Positions 34,951 to 38,534 of a DNA stretch of 38,534 bases are shown here, piece after piece. This DNA comes from Anaerolineae bacterium. GTDB taxonomy: Bacteria; Chloroflexota; Anaerolineae; B4-G1. The DNA lies in the NCBI GenBank assembly GCA_050049955.1, contig JASFVG010000001.1, positions 1 through 38,534 on the forward strand, given 5' to 3'. Made by a program: the position numbers and the translations under genes. Each line of letters opens with the position of its first letter. Positions within the stretch are counted from its first letter, which is position 1. The notes beneath the pieces are model-generated. The model made no database searches and was not told where the DNA came from. It saw only the letters and a program-made list of their open reading frames with translations.

Positions 34951-34979
34951 AGGATACCCACATAGCCCCAGTTCGTCAA
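34951..34979 (-). promoter_or_regulatory. Candidate sigma70-type promoter (TTGACG-17-TATCCT)
   Basis: The minus strand reads TTGACGaactggggctatgtgggTATCCT, within the 451-nt ftsK/ABC-F intergenic region. Confidence 0.35.
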
Positions 34980-35159
34980 CACGCACGCGCGTACACCAGT
35001 CTGTATACGACCGCGGATTCCGCGGGCGCCGCGGGCCAAGACCCGCCCCAAATCTCTCAGAGGATTGGGGCCCCGGGGCTGGCTAGGCGACAGCCGCCTG
35101 ACGGTGCCGATCCGCTGGCTGGCATGCGCTGCGAAGTGGGGATCCGCTCGTGAAGGGCG

Positions 35160-37358
35160 CTACGATGGGTCTTCGGAGGAGCCACCGTTTCCGGCTTGGT
35201 GTTCACCCCCAAGGAGTACCTCACGCGTCTGCCCACCAGGGACGGGGGGGCCGATGATATCCATTTCCGTCAGCACTTCCATCAGGCGCGCTGCCCGCGG
35301 GTAGCCGATGTGAAGGCGCCGCTGAAGTAGAGATGCGGAGGCACTGCCGCGCTTCCTTACGACGGAGATCGCCCGCTGCAGCATGTCCTCGTCGACGTAC
35401 TCGGCATTCAAGTGAGTCGATCCAGTTCTCTCGGGCTCCTGCGGCAACAGCATCCCCGTCCATGGGGTCTGGTCATCGACCTGGCCAGCCTCTTTGCGCC
35501 AGAAGCCAATGACCCTGTCCAGCTCATCCGGCGATACGTAGCAGCCCTGCACGCGTACGGGATAGCCGGCATCCGATGCTAGGTAGAGCATGTCGCCATC
35601 CCCCAGAAGCGTCTCCGCGCCCTGCATGTCCAGAATGACGCGGGAATCGACCTGGCTGGCAGTGGCGAAGGAGATCCGGGCTGGGAAGTTGGCCTTGATC
35701 AAGCCGGTGACCACGTCCGTGCTCGGACGCTGGGTCGCCACGACCAGGTGGATGCCTGTCGCGCGCCCCATCTGCGCGATGCGGCACAGCAGTTGCTCGA
35801 CGGCCTCGGGAGCCAGCATCATCAAGTCAGCCAATTCATCGATGAGCACGACGATCCGGGGCAGGGCTAGTTTGTCCTGCCTTGCCATCTTCCGGTTGTA
35901 GTCGTCTAGGTGGCGGGCGGATGCGTCTGCAAAGCGCTTATAGCGATCATCCATCTCCAGGGCCACCCATCGCAGCACCTTGACGACGCGGTCCAGGTCC
36001 ACCTGGACCTCGCCGTAGAGGTGTGGCAGCCCGTTGAAGCGGACCAATTCCACCATCTTAGGATCGATCATCACCAGTCGCAGTTCTTCCGGTGTGTTGT
36101 GATAGATCAGGCAAGTGATGATTGACTTGATGCATACTGACTTGCCAGAGCCGGTGGTACCGGCAATCAAGAGGTGTGGCATCCTGGTGAGATCTGCGAC
36201 GACCGCCTGGCCTGCTACGTTGTGACCCAAGCCAATGGCGAGGGGAGAGTCTAGACGCTGGAATTCCTCCGATGCCATCACCTCACGGACGCCCACAGCC
36301 TGTACTTCCTCGTTGGGCACCTCGATGCCGACGAAGGGGCGACCAGGCACCGGCGCCTCGATGCGAAGGCGAGCAGTAGCCAGAGCTAGGGCCAGATCAT
36401 CCGCACGCTGGCTGATCTGATTCACGCGCACCTTGCGCTCGCCGGTGCGGGACCGTCCGACGAACCCCGGTTCGACGCCAAACTGGGTGACTGAGGGGCC
36501 CATCCGCACCTCGACGACCTGCACGGGCAGGCCGAACTGGGCCAGAGTCTCCTTGATGATCCGGGACTTCTCTCGGATCTGCTGGTCCGTGAGCGGCGGA
36601 CCCTTGGACTCGTCCAATAGACTGGGGGGGGGCAAGGAGCCACGCTGGGGAGCATTGGGGCCCCCCCCCGCCCTCTTCGATGACGCCGACGAAGACCGGC
36701 GCGGCTTCTTTTTGGGCCCGCCTGGCTGCGGTGCCTGATCTTCAGATTCGGGCGTCGCAGCCTGCTGGGCAGGAGGCCTGCGTTGGAGCAGTGCGCGGGC
36801 GCGGCGTGCGCGATAGATGGCGATACCGCTCCGCACCACCTGCACGCTGCGCTTGGCGTCATCGAGCGTTATGTCGAAGGCCAACGCCAGGCCTACCACA
36901 GTCATCGTTGCCAGAATGAGTACAGTCGCTGGCCAGCCAAGGTAGGTCGAAGGCAGGACCGATAGCCCCCATCCGACCAGACCGCCGCCCGAATGGCTCT
37001 CTACCAACGTCCACGGATCGCTACGACCCAGGACACCGTGGGTTAGTCCAAGTAGTCCGAAGAATACCAGCTCGGCCCCAACGAAGGGACGCCAGCGCCA
37101 GTAGATGGTCTGATCCAGGAGGTGTTGTAGCCAGAGTAGTCCCCCAAGGACAATCGCCGCCCCAACGGGGTAGACCCCCCAGCCGACTAGGCGCCGCAGG
37201 AGAACGACCCAGGCATTGGCCCAACGACCGCTTGTCACGCCGAACACCGCCAGAAGCGTGATGACCCCAGACGCGATGATGAGAAGCGCGAGTATCTGCT
37301 GGAGCAACGGGGTGGTCAGGATGCTGTCTCTCTGCCCGGCGCTTCTCCTCTTGCTCAT
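35160..37358 (-). CDS. ftsK: DNA translocase FtsK/SpoIIIE
   Basis: N-terminal TM helices and a Pro/Gly/Lys-rich linker. The motor has LLIAGTTGSGKSVCI, VVLIDELADLMM and HLVVATQRPSTDVVTGLIKANFPARISF. The gamma winged helix has LLQRRLHIGYPRAARLMEVL. The ATG overlaps the stop of the S1-domain gene (ATGA). Confidence 0.92.
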   Translation of the reverse strand: MSKRRSAGQRDSILTTPLLQQILALLIIASGVITLLAVFGVTSGRWANAWVVLLRRLVGWGVYPVGAAIVLGGLLWLQHLLDQTIYWRWRPFVGAELVFFGLLGLTHGVLGRSDPWTLVESHSGGGLVGWGLSVLPSTYLGWPATVLILATMTVVGLALAFDITLDDAKRSVQVVRSGIAIYRARRARALLQRRPPAQQAATPESEDQAPQPGGPKKKPRRSSSASSKRAGGGPNAPQRGSLPPPSLLDESKGPPLTDQQIREKSRIIKETLAQFGLPVQVVEVRMGPSVTQFGVEPGFVGRSRTGERKVRVNQISQRADDLALALATARLRIEAPVPGRPFVGIEVPNEEVQAVGVREVMASEEFQRLDSPLAIGLGHNVAGQAVVADLTRMPHLLIAGTTGSGKSVCIKSIITCLIYHNTPEELRLVMIDPKMVELVRFNGLPHLYGEVQVDLDRVVKVLRWVALEMDDRYKRFADASARHLDDYNRKMARQDKLALPRIVVLIDELADLMMLAPEAVEQLLCRIAQMGRATGIHLVVATQRPSTDVVTGLIKANFPARISFATASQVDSRVILDMQGAETLLGDGDMLYLASDAGYPVRVQGCYVSPDELDRVIGFWRKEAGQVDDQTPWTGMLLPQEPERTGSTHLNAEYVDEDMLQRAISVVRKRGSASASLLQRRLHIGYPRAARLMEVLTEMDIIGPPVPGGQTREVLLGGEHQAGNGGSSEDPS

Positions 37359-38398
37359 TCTGCCTGTCCCTCAGAAAGCGATTCTTCCCGTGCGGGTTCA
37401 GGGGTCTTCCCTTCGTCCACGTTGTCCCTTGCTTCCACCAGCCTCAGACCCATCCTGCGTCTCGCGGCGTCGATACTCAGCACCTCGACCACAACGCCGG
37501 CGCCCTCCCTCGGGACGAGGCCTGGATCGGAGTGTGCTTCGGAAACCAGCCCCGAGACGTGGATCAAGCCCTCTAGCCCGTCTTCTATCTGAACGAAAGC
37601 GCCGAAATCCACGACGTGCGTCACGACTCCCTCCACCAACTGGCCGACTCCGAAGCGGTCTTCGACCGATTCCCAGGGATTCGGCTGCAAGCGCTTGATG
37701 CTCAATCCCACGCGCTCGCGTTCGGGCTCTACGTTGAGCACGTAGACGGTCACAGTCTGGCCGGGCTGCAAAACGTCTCTGGGGTGGCCAACCCGCCCCC
37801 AGGAGAGCTCTGAGATGTGGACAAGACCCTCGAAGCCTCCTAGATCGACGAAAGCGCCAAAGGAACAGAGGTTGGTTACACGACCCTCGCAAATGTCCCC
37901 CGGCCTGAGGCTGGTCAGCACCTGGTCGCGATGCTCAATGTCGACCTGGGTTGCTCGCTCCGAGAGGACGAAGCGATCGCATTCTGAATCCAGCTCAATG
38001 ATCCTCAGCGGCAGCCTGGTTCCTATGAAGAGGCGCAATGCTTCCTGGCGGGCCTCTTCGTCGACTGACGGTGGCAGGGTCAGCAGATGAGAGGCAGGCA
38101 CGAACCCCCGTAGGCCGTTCCAACCCACTAGCAGACCCCCGCGGTTGCACCCGACCACGGGAAGCTCCAGGACTTCCCCACGATCCATCAAACCGCGCGC
38201 CTCTTCCCACGGGTTCGCTACGGGCAGGTTCTCAGACGCCTCCGATGTTTCCGTCGGCTCTGCAACCTGTCCACTCCACGGGCTGGCTCCGATGTCGGTG
38301 GGCGCTGCCTTTCCGTGTTCGCCATCGCGCAGAAGAGCCTGCCAGTATCCCTCACTGAGCGGTGCGCTGGCTGGGATCCACTCTCCTTTCTGCCCCAT
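37355..38398 (-). CDS. S1 RNA-binding domain protein (about three S1/OB repeats)
   Basis: GEVLELPVVGCNRGGLLVGWNGLRGFVPASHL; GDICEGRVTNLCSFGAFVDLGGFEGLVHISELS; GQLVEGVVTHVVDFGAFVQIEDGLEGLIHVSGL. GGAGG lies 10 nt upstream of the ATG. Confidence 0.8.
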   Translation of the reverse strand: MGQKGEWIPASAPLSEGYWQALLRDGEHGKAAPTDIGASPWSGQVAEPTETSEASENLPVANPWEEARGLMDRGEVLELPVVGCNRGGLLVGWNGLRGFVPASHLLTLPPSVDEEARQEALRLFIGTRLPLRIIELDSECDRFVLSERATQVDIEHRDQVLTSLRPGDICEGRVTNLCSFGAFVDLGGFEGLVHISELSWGRVGHPRDVLQPGQTVTVYVLNVEPERERVGLSIKRLQPNPWESVEDRFGVGQLVEGVVTHVVDFGAFVQIEDGLEGLIHVSGLVSEAHSDPGLVPREGAGVVVEVLSIDAARRRMGLRLVEARDNVDEGKTPEPAREESLSEGQAE

Positions 38399-38534
38399 GA
38401 CTTCTTTGCCTCCCCAGTCTCGATCCTGGCCCCTCAGCGGGCCTCCAGGTGTGACGCAGGTCTGAATCCCCTATTCCCCGTCGCCGCCCACCACCTGGTT
38501 CCTTCGTTCGTCTCGCTCCATCTCTGCTAGCATC

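Noticed and set aside
1-38534. Search for CRISPR arrays, transposases or integrases, phage genes, toxin-antitoxin pairs and known defence-system signatures.
   Set aside because: I saw no regularly spaced direct repeats and no recombinase, transposase or nuclease-helicase defence architecture. The PLD protein has a membrane anchor and envelope neighbours rather than defence partners.

Overview
GC-rich bacterial chromosomal window. Gene content and promoter style suggest a Chloroflexota-like or other Terrabacteria lineage, but that is inference only. I support about 35 protein genes, 28 of them on the minus strand, and most are core housekeeping. On the plus strand at the left end are a RecQ 3' fragment, a decayed reductive-dehalogenase-like gene and signal peptidase I. 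These are followed by envelope-related genes: a PLD-family protein, a phosphodiester glycosidase, an enolase-superfamily enzyme and a methyltransferase. A long co-directional minus-strand block carries an origin-type gene set without dnaA: rpmH (not in the ORF track, found by hand), rnpA, yidD, a PQQ beta-propeller lipoprotein, yidC, jag, pfkB, parA, parB, an M24 peptidase and a Cys-repeat protein, followed after a 133-nt gap by family-4 UDG. To the right come priA, an envelope glycan block (Wzm permease, GT4, TyrA-like protein, HD, M50 protease, O-antigen-ligase-like protein), topA-dinB, an ABC-F ATPase, ftsK and an S1-domain protein. I found no rRNA, tRNA, CRISPR array, transposase or integrase. 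The best candidates for something undescribed are: (1) a two-gene module at 3753-5392, an internally duplicated small protein plus a receiver-domain/ParA-MinD-like protein whose Walker A has lost both lysines; (2) a 126-aa protein made of two copies of a C-x35-CQLG HTH-like module, sitting 17 nt downstream of the M24 peptidase gene in the parAB block; (3) a PQQ-propeller lipoprotein inserted with a 4-nt overlap between yidD and yidC; (4) a promoter, uORF and intrinsic terminator unit upstream of the ABC-F gene. Several genes have near-consensus sigma70-type promoters, and some place the -10 box only 7-11 nt from the ATG, which looks leaderless. All calls come from reading the translations and the DNA by eye. 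No database search or folding program was run.
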